Shown: piece after piece, positions 28,999 to 37,658 of the stretch
How the letters are laid out: the number at the start of each line of letters is the position of its first letter
Numbering within the stretch: position 1 is the stretch's first letter
From: Candidatus Curtissbacteria bacterium RIFCSPLOWO2_02_41_11
Lineage (GTDB): Bacteria > Patescibacteriota > Microgenomatia > Curtissbacterales > GWA2-41-24
NCBI GenBank assembly: GCA_001775055.1
Contig: MFBU01000022.1
Coordinates: forward strand, 3,278-67,277
DNA: 64,000 nt
Direction: 5' to 3'
Translations under genes and position numbers: made by a program
Notes under the pieces: generated by a model
The model's database searches: none
The model's input: the letters and a program-made list of their open reading frames with translations, nothing else
Told to the model about the DNA's origin: nothing

Positions 28999-30033
28999 TC
29001 ACTTAACTATTGATTTATAGACTGCAATTGTTTGTCTGGCTACTTTTTGCCAGTTAAATTTAGATGCATGTTTAATTAATTTCTGGGAGGAAATTTCTTT
29101 TTGCCTTTTTGAAAGATTTAAGGCATGAGTTATTTTTTGGGCAATATCAGGAGGGTCTGTTGGATCACAAAAAATCGCATTATTGCCGGTAAATTCCGCT
29201 AGTGATGCTACATTAGAGCAAACCACCGGTGTACCACAAGCCATACTTTCTAAAACCGGCAGCCCAAAACCTTCATAAAATGACGGCAAAACAGTAAGCC
29301 CCGCAAGGTTGTAGATATATATCAGATCATTCTCATTGATATATCCCGTTTTGATAATTTGCTTTTGTAAACCTAGTTTTTTAATTATCTGATTAATTTC
29401 TTTAACTTGAGTTAAACTATCATCAGTCAGTGCCTTACCAACCATTACCAGATTGACTTTGGCAATTTTAACAGCCTCAAGTAAATTTGGAAGATTTTTA
29501 TTCCAGTTAACATCTCCAACATAAAGAACAAATTTTTTGGGGAGAATATATTTTTTTGAAACTGAAAAAAGGGTATTTTCGTCAGTTATCTCCTTAAAGT
29601 TGAAACCGGCAGCTAAATAAACAACATGAATTTTGTCTTTGGGGAAAGAAAGTTTTGAAACAATATCCTTCTTGGATGCTTGCGAATCACAGATAATTGC
29701 ATCGACATTTTTGAGAGATCTCTTTTGAAAAAACAGACTGATGTAACCTTTAAGCCCAACTGGGAAGTAGTGGGGAAAGACTAAAGGAATAACATCATGG
29801 ATAGTCACTACCCTATTCGTAGTCTTTTTCATTGGCAGTGTATGAAAAAAAAGATCAAAATAAGGATAGTGAATAACGTCTGCTGGTGGGGGAGAGGTGG
29901 GTTTTGAGAAAAATTCAAATTCTATCCCCCAATCTCTTTTTTTAAACTCCTCTGTCAATCTTTGGGTATATGAACCAATTCCTCTTGTCTTATGCCCTGT
30001 TCCAAGTGGGCTTATGTCAATCGCGACTTTCAC
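28999..30033 (-). CDS. GT4 glycosyltransferase (MtfB/WbdB-like mannosyltransferase group)
   Basis: 'RGIGSY', 'VTIHDVIP', 'PSFYEGFGLPVLESMACGTPVV'. Confidence 0.92.
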   Translation of the reverse strand: MKVAIDISPLGTGHKTRGIGSYTQRLTEEFKKRDWGIEFEFFSKPTSPPPADVIHYPYFDLFFHTLPMKKTTNRVVTIHDVIPLVFPHYFPVGLKGYISLFFQKRSLKNVDAIICDSQASKKDIVSKLSFPKDKIHVVYLAAGFNFKEITDENTLFSVSKKYILPKKFVLYVGDVNWNKNLPNLLEAVKIAKVNLVMVGKALTDDSLTQVKEINQIIKKLGLQKQIIKTGYINENDLIYIYNLAGLTVLPSFYEGFGLPVLESMACGTPVVCSNVASLAEFTGNNAIFCDPTDPPDIAQKITHALNLSKRQKEISSQKLIKHASKFNWQKVARQTIAVYKSIVK

Positions 30034-30058
30034 AATGATTTAATTATATCAACAAACC

Positions 30059-30118
30059 AAAAAAACCCACCTTCCGTTGACTTAATAGGATATTCCTTTA
30101 TCAAACCGTTAAGGTGGG
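30059..30118 (-). terminator. Long stem-loop with U-tract (intrinsic terminator or structured RNA 3' end)
   Basis: CCCACCTT (30066-73) pairs with AAGGTGGG (30111-18), with inner TTGA/TCAA and AGGA/TCCT pairs; T7 follows on the minus strand. Confidence 0.6.
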
Positions 30119-30142
30119 CAGACTTTGCAAAGTCTTAAAAAC

Positions 30143-30172
30143 TTATCTCTTCTTCTTTCGTTTCTTTGCCAT
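30143..30172 (-). CDS. Putative 9-aa basic micropeptide MAKKRKKKR
   Basis: Perfect AAGGAGGT Shine-Dalgarno (30181-88) 8 nt upstream of ATG; TATACT at 30200-05; hairpins downstream. Confidence 0.5.
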   Translation of the reverse strand: MAKKRKKKR

Positions 30173-30258
30173 AGATCTCTACCTCCTTTCCAAAACTTGA
30201 GTATATAACTAAAATTGTTAGCAAGTTTTAAATATTTATGCAATAGGGCAAAATGATG

Positions 30259-31023
30259 CTAGCGGCGTTCCCAATATTTGACATACGCGTAGAAGTGGTG
30301 TGCCGCCGAAAATAAAGCCCAGACAAACCCCCTAAAACCATCAACATAACCCCGATGTCTAACAAAAATATCGAAAAAAGTGACAAGTGGCTTTAGAACC
30401 ATGTAGTAAAAAACCGGCCAAGGCCCCCTACCCGGATCTATCTCTCTAAGCTTTTGAGCAGTTTGATCTGTATAACGGTCGGCTCGATAAAGGTATCTGG
30501 CAAATGAGGGATCGGCCATGTGAAGAATGTCGTTTTTTAGATACCCTACTTCCCCATCAATTGCAACCTGTTCATGAACACTAACTTCGGGAAGCCTGCC
30601 TTTGCCTCGTCTAAAAAGCCTAATCACACTATCAGGATAAGCTCCGCCCTTTGTTAAATAACCGCCTAAAAACCAATTGCGACGATTGATCCAAAAACCG
30701 TTCTCTTTGGGGTTTTTAGAGATAATTCCTTTGATCTCACCGACTAATTCTTTACTGACCCTTTCATCGGCATCCATTAGAAAAATCCAGTCGCTAGTGC
30801 AATTATCTATAGCTAAATTTTTATTAATGTGAAACATTGGTTTATTAGTTGTTTTAATAATTTTTGCACCCAGATTCTCTGCCAGTTCTCTGGTTCTGTC
30901 TGTTGATGACCCGTCAGCTACCACTATCTCATCGGCAAAATTTTTTAAAGACTCGATACAATCAACAATATTTTCCTCCTCATTAAATGTTGCCAGTGCA
31001 GCTGAAATTTTTATCTTTTTCAT
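30259..31023 (-). CDS. GT2 glycosyltransferase (WaaE/beta-1,4-glucosyltransferase-like)
   Basis: 'NEE.NI.DC', 'MDADERVS', 'YPD..IRLF', 'VHE', 'DGFRG'. Confidence 0.9.
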   Translation of the reverse strand: MKKIKISAALATFNEEENIVDCIESLKNFADEIVVADGSSTDRTRELAENLGAKIIKTTNKPMFHINKNLAIDNCTSDWIFLMDADERVSKELVGEIKGIISKNPKENGFWINRRNWFLGGYLTKGGAYPDSVIRLFRRGKGRLPEVSVHEQVAIDGEVGYLKNDILHMADPSFARYLYRADRYTDQTAQKLREIDPGRGPWPVFYYMVLKPLVTFFDIFVRHRGYVDGFRGFVWALFSAAHHFYAYVKYWERR

Positions 31024-32621
31024 TTTGGATGACCTATTTTAATCGCTTCTTTTCCGTTAGGATAATAAATTGTTTCAATGACTTCAAAGCCGCCGGGGAA
31101 ATTTCCGCTATCGGCAATAAAAAGCTCACTGGGAGTTGTCGGCGGTTTGGTGTCGAAGTAATATTTGTCAAAGTTTTGCCTCGTACCGCTTTGTTGATAA
31201 CTCCTGGGGTCATACTTAGTATTAAAAAGCCAGAACACGTACGCCTGTTCGATTGAATGATCGACATTAATTTTAGTGTATTGATTTTTGATTTTCTCGG
31301 ATTCTAGAACAGCTTCCTTATATCCATACTGCCAAAAATCTGCCTTGTCGTATGGATAATGTCTCCAGTAGTTATGAAGGTAAACTATGATTGATACACC
31401 AATCCATAAGATATAAAAATATTGAACAGGTTTTTTAAGTAAAAACTCCATAGAAAAAATTGAAACCAGCGCATAGGCACTAATGATCTGAAGCGCTGGG
31501 TCCATCGGTAGAGACCGGTTACCATGCGGATTAGGAACAGCCGGTGTTGCAGGAATTGGGGCAATCAGAAGCCATGCAAGAAGAAAGGCTGAAGTTTTAT
31601 TGCGATTTCTAACAAGCAAAAAGATACCATATAAAACTAGAGGAAATTGAAAAAGATAGACCATCCCTATATTTCCAATATGATGCCTGAAATTATCATC
31701 GCCTTTAGTGAAAAGAAAATTAAAATCAAAATGAGAAAGATAATTGCCAAACCATGTTTGGCCAATAACAAATCTTCTGTTATGAATATATTTGCCGAGC
31801 TTCGATCCCCTTTCCTGATCTTCTAGAATAAATTTTATTGATTTTTCGATATCCTCAAGTCTTGGTCTGCCAGTGGTAACTTCAAATCTTTGTAAGATTA
31901 CTTTTGGCGGTATTAATATTACAAGCGGCAGTCCGATTAGAATAGTAATGATGATAAAAATACCTAGATACCTTTTAGAAACGGTAAGTATCTCTTTTCT
32001 CCAAATAAAAAATGTTGCTATAAAAAGTAGCGGTACAAAAATCCGCTCTGAATGATAGGTATAAGTAGAAATCCCTAAAAATATGCCGCTTACTATTAAC
32101 CATCTTCTACTGGCTAACCCATATAAAAATGCAGTAATGGCTGCGACTGCAAAAAAAAGGCCAACCGTAGCCTCAAAACCGACTCGAGAAAATTGCAAGT
32201 GCCAAGGCGAAATGGCCAACATTAGCATAGATAGAAGAGCGATTGACTCACTCTTGACAACTGACAACTGACCACTGACATTTGACTTTTCAAAGATTTT
32301 TCTGGCTAAAAAATACATTGCTGGAACTGTCAAAAAACCAAAAAATGCGGAAGGAAGTCTTGCGGCAAATGGGGTTAGACCAAAAATTGCCACTGTCACT
32401 ACATTCAAATACATGTATAGAGGGGGTTTATAATCATCAAAGGAGCGATTGGTAATCGGCAAAAAGTTGCCGTATTCATCCCGTCCAGTTTTAAGAATCG
32501 AGTAGGCATTGTAAGCATTACTGTTTTCATCCCAATCCAAACTTAGTGGAATTTCTCCTAATTTATAAAATCTCAAAATAAAAGCCAAAACTAAAATCGC
32601 CCAAAAGATTTTTTTTGTCAT
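31020..32621 (-). CDS. GT-C PMT/ArnT-like glycosyltransferase (tandem paralog 1) with heptamer-repeat insertion
   Basis: 'LRFYKLG..P..LDWDE...AYNAYSILKTGRDEYG', 'DDYKPP', 'AISPWHLQFSR'. Confidence 0.88.
   Translation of the reverse strand: MTKKIFWAILVLAFILRFYKLGEIPLSLDWDENSNAYNAYSILKTGRDEYGNFLPITNRSFDDYKPPLYMYLNVVTVAIFGLTPFAARLPSAFFGFLTVPAMYFLARKIFEKSNVSGQLSVVKSESIALLSMLMLAISPWHLQFSRVGFEATVGLFFAVAAITAFLYGLASRRWLIVSGIFLGISTYTYHSERIFVPLLFIATFFIWRKEILTVSKRYLGIFIIITILIGLPLVILIPPKVILQRFEVTTGRPRLEDIEKSIKFILEDQERGSKLGKYIHNRRFVIGQTWFGNYLSHFDFNFLFTKGDDNFRHHIGNIGMVYLFQFPLVLYGIFLLVRNRNKTSAFLLAWLLIAPIPATPAVPNPHGNRSLPMDPALQIISAYALVSIFSMEFLLKKPVQYFYILWIGVSIIVYLHNYWRHYPYDKADFWQYGYKEAVLESEKIKNQYTKINVDHSIEQAYVFWLFNTKYDPRSYQQSGTRQNFDKYYFDTKPPTTPSELFIADSGNFPGGFEVIETIYYPNGKEAIKIGHPK
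32255..32289. repeat. In-frame TGACAAC heptamer array (5 units)
   Basis: TGACAAC-TGACAAC-TGACCAC-TGACATT-TGACTTT; encodes KSNVSGQLSVVK. Confidence 0.85.
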
Positions 32622-34399
32622 GGTAATTTGACCTGACTGACATCATAGATTTCAAAAATTGTGTCGCCTCGCAAATCATCTATAGTGTAGATTGGCGGTT
32701 TAGGAAACTCGATTTCTTTTTCCCCCGCAACAATTAACGTTTTTGTCGGTAGACGATCGATCCCTGGTACTGAGTCGACAAAATCGTATTTTCCGATGCT
32801 ATCAAGTATTACCCAACCGTCCTGGGATTTATGTCTTTGGGCATTTTGAATAAAGTAAGCCGGGTTAACCTTTGCAAAATAGAGATACTGCATATATTGA
32901 TGACCATAGTCAATTTTTCTTGAAATGACAATCTTGTCGTATTCCTGTTCTTTTGAGGCAAGATAGTTAAAAAGCTCCTTGTACCCGAATCTTTGAAAAC
33001 GGCTGGTAAAATATGGCTCACTGTAAAACATATCAGGTATCAACTTAACTACTGATCCTAAAATAGTGATAGTCAATACGATAATAAAAATATTTTTAAA
33101 GAATTTTGACTTTAATGAAGCTACAAAAGTATAAATGCCAAAGGCAACAATGATCTCAAGCGATGGCATAATCAGATTAATTCTTCCATAATTACCAGAT
33201 CCGGCAAAGGAAGCGCCTATTGGCACAAAAAGCAGCCAAGGTATTAATATTTTTAGTGCTTGATTTTTTTGCTTTATAAGTAAAAATATCCCCAAAATTA
33301 AAAATGGTAACTCAAACAAGTAAACTACACTTCTGGTGCTAAATGACTGGAAACCAGATGGATTTGCTTTATCAAAATAAGTCTTAAAAGATAAATTCCC
33401 AGCATAATTGCTAATATAAGTTGAAGCAAAAGTTAAAAATTTATTGTAGGTTAATGTACAAAAAATATTTGGCAGATGTTCTTTACAAACACCGCGCCTC
33501 TCATTTATATCAGCATTGATTCCAGCTCGAGCCACCCCGGAAATAAAACTCTCCTGAAGAAATCTCGACTGACCCTTAAAGGTTAGTACTGTAGGCAGGA
33601 GAGGTAAAAACAATATAAAGGCCAAAATCAAATTCTTGGCTAAATATACTTTTGGTATTTTAAACTGCTGTCTAAACGAGTAGATCACTACTGATATAAA
33701 CAGTGGCAAAAAAACCCAAGCAGATCGATAAACATAAAAAGAAATAACAAAACCTAAAAAAGAAAAGGTAATAAATTTTTTATTTTTTAAACCTACTAAG
33801 AAAAAGTAAGTTGAGATGGTTATAAAGAAAACTAATAAATCAGACTCAAAAGCATTTCTTGATGCCGCTATATGCCAGGGTGAAATTGCCAGAAGAAATG
33901 CAGCTACGAGGGCTATGACTTCGTTGCGGGTCCTGTCAGTCGTTTCCTTCCCGCCAGTGCTCGCTTTGTGCAAGTTCGTTATTTTACTTTGATTCCATAT
34001 AGAAGCTCCGCGCTGTCGGGAACCTTCCCACAACTGCCACCCGCTCCTGTCTTCGAATAGTTTTTTCGTCAATAAATAAGTAGCAAAGACTGCAAAAACT
34101 CCAAACAAGGCTGATGGGAATCGCGTTGCAAATTCATTCATACCGAAGAAAAATTGAGATATAGCTGTGAGGTAAAGATAGACTACAAGCTTCCAGTCAC
34201 CAAAACTTTCGAAAGCAGGAAAGGGTAAAAACCTGCCCCACTCATCCATGCCGGTTTTTAAAATCGAATAGGCATTATAGCCAAAAGCAGCTTCGTCATC
34301 GTTAAATCCAACTGGAATACTTGCCAGATTTATAAAACGAAGAAGAATTGCTACTGTAATTATCGAAATTATGATTAAATTATTTTTGAGATACTTCAT
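32618..34399 (-). CDS. GT-C PMT/ArnT-like glycosyltransferase (tandem paralog 2) with ~42-aa palindromic insertion
   Basis: 'DDEAAFGYNAYSILKTG', 'FGDWK', 'AISPWH..ASR'. Confidence 0.88.
   Translation of the reverse strand: MKYLKNNLIIISIITVAILLRFINLASIPVGFNDDEAAFGYNAYSILKTGMDEWGRFLPFPAFESFGDWKLVVYLYLTAISQFFFGMNEFATRFPSALFGVFAVFATYLLTKKLFEDRSGWQLWEGSRQRGASIWNQSKITNLHKASTGGKETTDRTRNEVIALVAAFLLAISPWHIAASRNAFESDLLVFFITISTYFFLVGLKNKKFITFSFLGFVISFYVYRSAWVFLPLFISVVIYSFRQQFKIPKVYLAKNLILAFILFLPLLPTVLTFKGQSRFLQESFISGVARAGINADINERRGVCKEHLPNIFCTLTYNKFLTFASTYISNYAGNLSFKTYFDKANPSGFQSFSTRSVVYLFELPFLILGIFLLIKQKNQALKILIPWLLFVPIGASFAGSGNYGRINLIMPSLEIIVAFGIYTFVASLKSKFFKNIFIIVLTITILGSVVKLIPDMFYSEPYFTSRFQRFGYKELFNYLASKEQEYDKIVISRKIDYGHQYMQYLYFAKVNPAYFIQNAQRHKSQDGWVILDSIGKYDFVDSVPGIDRLPTKTLIVAGEKEIEFPKPPIYTIDDLRGDTIFEIYDVSQVKLP
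33926..34044. repeat. In-frame ~120-nt imperfect inverted-repeat element (GC-rich arms)
   Basis: GCGGGT..CAGT..TTCCCGCCAGTGC pairs with GCGCTGTCGGGAA..ACTG..ACCCGC around an AT-rich loop. Confidence 0.75.
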
Positions 34400-34401
34400 T
34401 A

Positions 34402-35910
34402 TTAAGGAACTACTTCATAAAACCGCATAAAACTATTACCTCTACCCTTTTGGTATTTGCCAATTAATTTAAGACGAGGGTTACCCGGGTCATCAGGAAG
34501 GTTTTGGTTTTCGTTAAAGACAAAAAAAGTCTTTTTAACTTTGGCAGCTTCCAAAACCTGCTGTGGAATATCCCTAACTGGCCAGAATCCGGTAATCTGG
34601 ATATTTGGATTACTATAAAAGTAAATTTGAATAGCAAAAGGTAAAAGCCCAAAGGTGCCTTCAGTTCCAACATAGACTGGTTGGCTTTTTGTTTCATGTT
34701 TTAGGATTGCCACAATTTCCTCCACACCATAACCGGCCGGCCAGTCATTTAAGTATTGACCAAGATCTGCATCGGCAATATTGGCCTTTGGAGGTTCTGT
34801 TAGTAATCTATATGAATTGATAGCCGGAAAAACAAAAATGATCGCAAAAATCACCCACAAATATTTCAAGTAATTTTTCCACCTAATTAAATTTATTACA
34901 CCAAAAGATACTAGGATAACTATATAAGGGAAATAAAAAAGCATAAAACGAGGATATAAAACTTTATTAAAAATACTCTCTGCCAGAAACGGCGCCAAAG
35001 CATAAACCGAAAGCAAAATAATTACCCCCTTTCGCCTAATTAAACCCCATGTAATAACCAAAACGGCAATAATTGTCAGCGGCCAGCCATTATATTGAAC
35101 AAACCATGAAATTAAGGCATGAAGATTGCTGGGCAATTGAATAAATGGGTTATTTATAATTTCGTTAAAAGATCTGATAAATTCAGATTCTTTACGCTCA
35201 ATCATATAAAACAGTGGCGAGAGTCTTAAACTATTGTAAATTACCTGTGAGAGCAAAAAAGTAACAACTGAAAAGATAACCCATTTAAATAATCTAAAAC
35301 TGTAATCTCTACTCTTGAAATTAAAAACCAATAGAGAAAAAGGGAGTAGATACAAAAAAAGGATGCCTGAAGATTTAGTAATCATTGTTAGTCCAATAGC
35401 AAAACTGGCAAGCATGGCAGTTTCAAATCTTGGATCTTTGGCCATCTTTATCGAAAAGTAAACTGCCCAAATACCCAACATGGTAAGCAGAGAATCAAAA
35501 AGGGCCATTCGGTCATACAGGAGCGTGAAGGGTAAAATGACATATAAAAAGGCCGCAAGTTTGGCCACTTTCTCAGAAAATAACAGTCTGGCTAAGAAAT
35601 AGATTCCTACCAGAGAACCAAACCCTGCAAAAACAGAAACGAGTCTTCCGGCTATTAACGGATCAGGGATAAATTGCTGAAAAATTGCTGCAATCCAAAT
35701 GAATAAAGGCTGCTTTCCATCCTCCAGAGAAATAAATCTGTTAGCAGGATCATGGAGTGCTACTTGTGCCCAATAAGTATAAATTGCCTCATCAGTAAAT
35801 ATTGGAACTATTTTTAAATTGATAAGTCTTGTAGCAAAATAAAGTACACTAAAGCTAGACCAAAGGATCAAAGATTGCAGTTGGATTAAAACTACGGGTT
35901 TAGGCTTCAT
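34402..35910 (-). CDS. GT-C PMT/ArnT-like glycosyltransferase (divergent member)
   Basis: 'PIFTDEAIY', 'DGKQPLF', 'YDRMALFD', 'TK', 'PRF'. Confidence 0.85.
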   Translation of the reverse strand: MKPKPVVLIQLQSLILWSSFSVLYFATRLINLKIVPIFTDEAIYTYWAQVALHDPANRFISLEDGKQPLFIWIAAIFQQFIPDPLIAGRLVSVFAGFGSLVGIYFLARLLFSEKVAKLAAFLYVILPFTLLYDRMALFDSLLTMLGIWAVYFSIKMAKDPRFETAMLASFAIGLTMITKSSGILFLYLLPFSLLVFNFKSRDYSFRLFKWVIFSVVTFLLSQVIYNSLRLSPLFYMIERKESEFIRSFNEIINNPFIQLPSNLHALISWFVQYNGWPLTIIAVLVITWGLIRRKGVIILLSVYALAPFLAESIFNKVLYPRFMLFYFPYIVILVSFGVINLIRWKNYLKYLWVIFAIIFVFPAINSYRLLTEPPKANIADADLGQYLNDWPAGYGVEEIVAILKHETKSQPVYVGTEGTFGLLPFAIQIYFYSNPNIQITGFWPVRDIPQQVLEAAKVKKTFFVFNENQNLPDDPGNPRLKLIGKYQKGRGNSFMRFYEVVP

Positions 35911-37622
35911 CTAATCTCTAATTCTCCGACATCGAATACACTAGTTCCGTCAAGCCTTGAGATTGTCTTAAGTTTTTGAACCGAAGGTGGGAGCGCATTG
36001 GGTGAAGTAACATACAACACCTTACCGGAAACCGAAGTTTCATTTAAACTGTCTGTGAAGCGTAATTTACCAAAACCGTCAACGTCTATAAAAAAGAATT
36101 TGTCTCTTGTAATTTGAGCGCTTTTCCAATACTCCCGAGGATCAAATTGCATATATAATAAAAAGTAAATGTAAGGTCTTCCTTGAGCTTTAGTCACTAC
36201 CACATAATCAACGTCATTGTATCTTGGTTTAATAAATTCTACCGCTTCTTTGTATCCAAACTGCCACTCTCCTGAATAATTTCTCGGCCAGTGAACATAA
36301 TACATATGCAGATAAAATAAAAAGTTAAAAGTAAAAAGTAAAAAGTAAAAAATTATAAAAAGTTTTTTATATCTAATTACTCGATAAAGATAAAATAAGC
36401 CAAAAGCGGCAAGTATTTGAAAAGTAGGCAAGATATGAATCATCCTGAGCGCATGGGGAGTTTCTCGGGCAGTTGCCGGTCCAAACGGTGAAATAAGAAG
36501 CCAACCAATAATTAAAAAGCGATATTTTTGTTTGGTAGCAAATAAAAAGTAGATACCAGCAAGAATAAATAGTAGATCAACATAATAAAGTTCGCCTACT
36601 TCCTGAACAGAAAGCCTTGGATTAACATCGCCTTTTGTAAAAAGGAACCTCGGATTGAATGAATCAAAATAATGGGTGAGATATTCATATGAATAGAATA
36701 GACGCCGGTTATGAATAATGTCTGACCACCAAGAAAAATTGTCTCTTGCGCGATACCGAATTGAGTCATTAATCGGTTGCAGATCTTTAAAAATAGTTAC
36801 TTCATCAAATCTCAGTCTGCCTTCAATAGTTTGGGTTGTAAAAATAAAAAGAGGCCAAAATAAAATACTAGTAATTAAGGCTGTTATTAAAACAATTTTG
36901 ATTTGGGCAAAAACCTGTTTTCGAAATTGAATCGCTAGTACTAAAAGAATAAAAGGGACAAACAAGCGTTGGCCTGTAAAAGTATACATCCCGGCAAGAA
37001 ACGAAAGAACAGACGGCAAAATCCATAATGGATTATCTTGAGCAAATTTCAGAAACAGCCAAATACCAAGAACTGAGAAAAAAAGACCCAGATTTGCTTC
37101 AAACGCGCCTCTTGAAAATTGAAGATGCCAAGGGGAAATAGCCAGGAAAAAGGCGGATAGTAAAGCAATTGTTTCAGAAGTACTAAAGGTACGAGAAGTA
37201 CCAGAAGTACGAGAGGTTAAGTTCAGAGATTGCTTTTCGTACCTTTCATACTTTTCGTACTTGTGATACTTTTCTACAAAGAGTTTTTTGGCCAGAAAAT
37301 ATGTCAATAAAACTGTCAAAACACCAAAAAAAGCAGATGGAAATCTAATTGTAAATTCAGTTAGGCCAAAGGCGGCAATTGAAGGCACTGTCGCATAGAT
37401 ATAGCCTGGTGGTTTGTAATCACCGAATGCTGCAAAGTTGGTAATTGGTAAAAATTTACCGTGTTCATCATGACCAGTTTTTAAAATTGAGTAGGCATTA
37501 TAACCAAGTGATGCCTCGTCCCAATAAAGAGAAGGTGGAACAGATCCGAGTTTATAAAACCTTAATACTGCCGCAATGAAAATAATAACGATAAGTATAT
37601 ATTTACTTAATTTTTTGGGCAT
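35907..37622 (-). CDS. GT-C PMT/ArnT-like glycosyltransferase (tandem paralog 3) with inverted nonamer-array insertion
   Basis: 'YWDEASLGYNAYSILKTG', 'FGDYKPP', 'AISPWHLQFSR'. Confidence 0.88.
   Translation of the reverse strand: MPKKLSKYILIVIIFIAAVLRFYKLGSVPPSLYWDEASLGYNAYSILKTGHDEHGKFLPITNFAAFGDYKPPGYIYATVPSIAAFGLTEFTIRFPSAFFGVLTVLLTYFLAKKLFVEKYHKYEKYERYEKQSLNLTSRTSGTSRTFSTSETIALLSAFFLAISPWHLQFSRGAFEANLGLFFSVLGIWLFLKFAQDNPLWILPSVLSFLAGMYTFTGQRLFVPFILLVLAIQFRKQVFAQIKIVLITALITSILFWPLFIFTTQTIEGRLRFDEVTIFKDLQPINDSIRYRARDNFSWWSDIIHNRRLFYSYEYLTHYFDSFNPRFLFTKGDVNPRLSVQEVGELYYVDLLFILAGIYFLFATKQKYRFLIIGWLLISPFGPATARETPHALRMIHILPTFQILAAFGLFYLYRVIRYKKLFIIFYFLLFTFNFLFYLHMYYVHWPRNYSGEWQFGYKEAVEFIKPRYNDVDYVVVTKAQGRPYIYFLLYMQFDPREYWKSAQITRDKFFFIDVDGFGKLRFTDSLNETSVSGKVLYVTSPNALPPSVQKLKTISRLDGTSVFDVGELEIR
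36320..36347. repeat. In-frame AAAAGTA heptamer array (4 units)
   Basis: AAAAGTT-AAAAGTA-AAAAGTA-AAAAGTA; encodes YFLLFTFNF in a predicted TM helix. Confidence 0.55.
37176..37273. repeat. In-frame inverted arrays of 9-mers (AGAAGTACG x4 ... CTTTTCGTA x4)
   Basis: Four 9-mers at 37176-37211, a ~21-nt spacer, then four reverse-complement-like 9-mers at 37233-37268; encodes KYHKYEKYERYEK...TSRTSGTSRTFSTS. Confidence 0.88.
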
Positions 37623-37658
37623 GTTTATAAAAATTTATAATTAATCATAACAAATTTG

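Noticed and set aside
33916-34056. In-frame inserts as inteins or group I/II introns
   Set aside because: Far too short, no Cys/Ser start or His-Asn end, no intron core motifs, and the reading frames are open without splicing.
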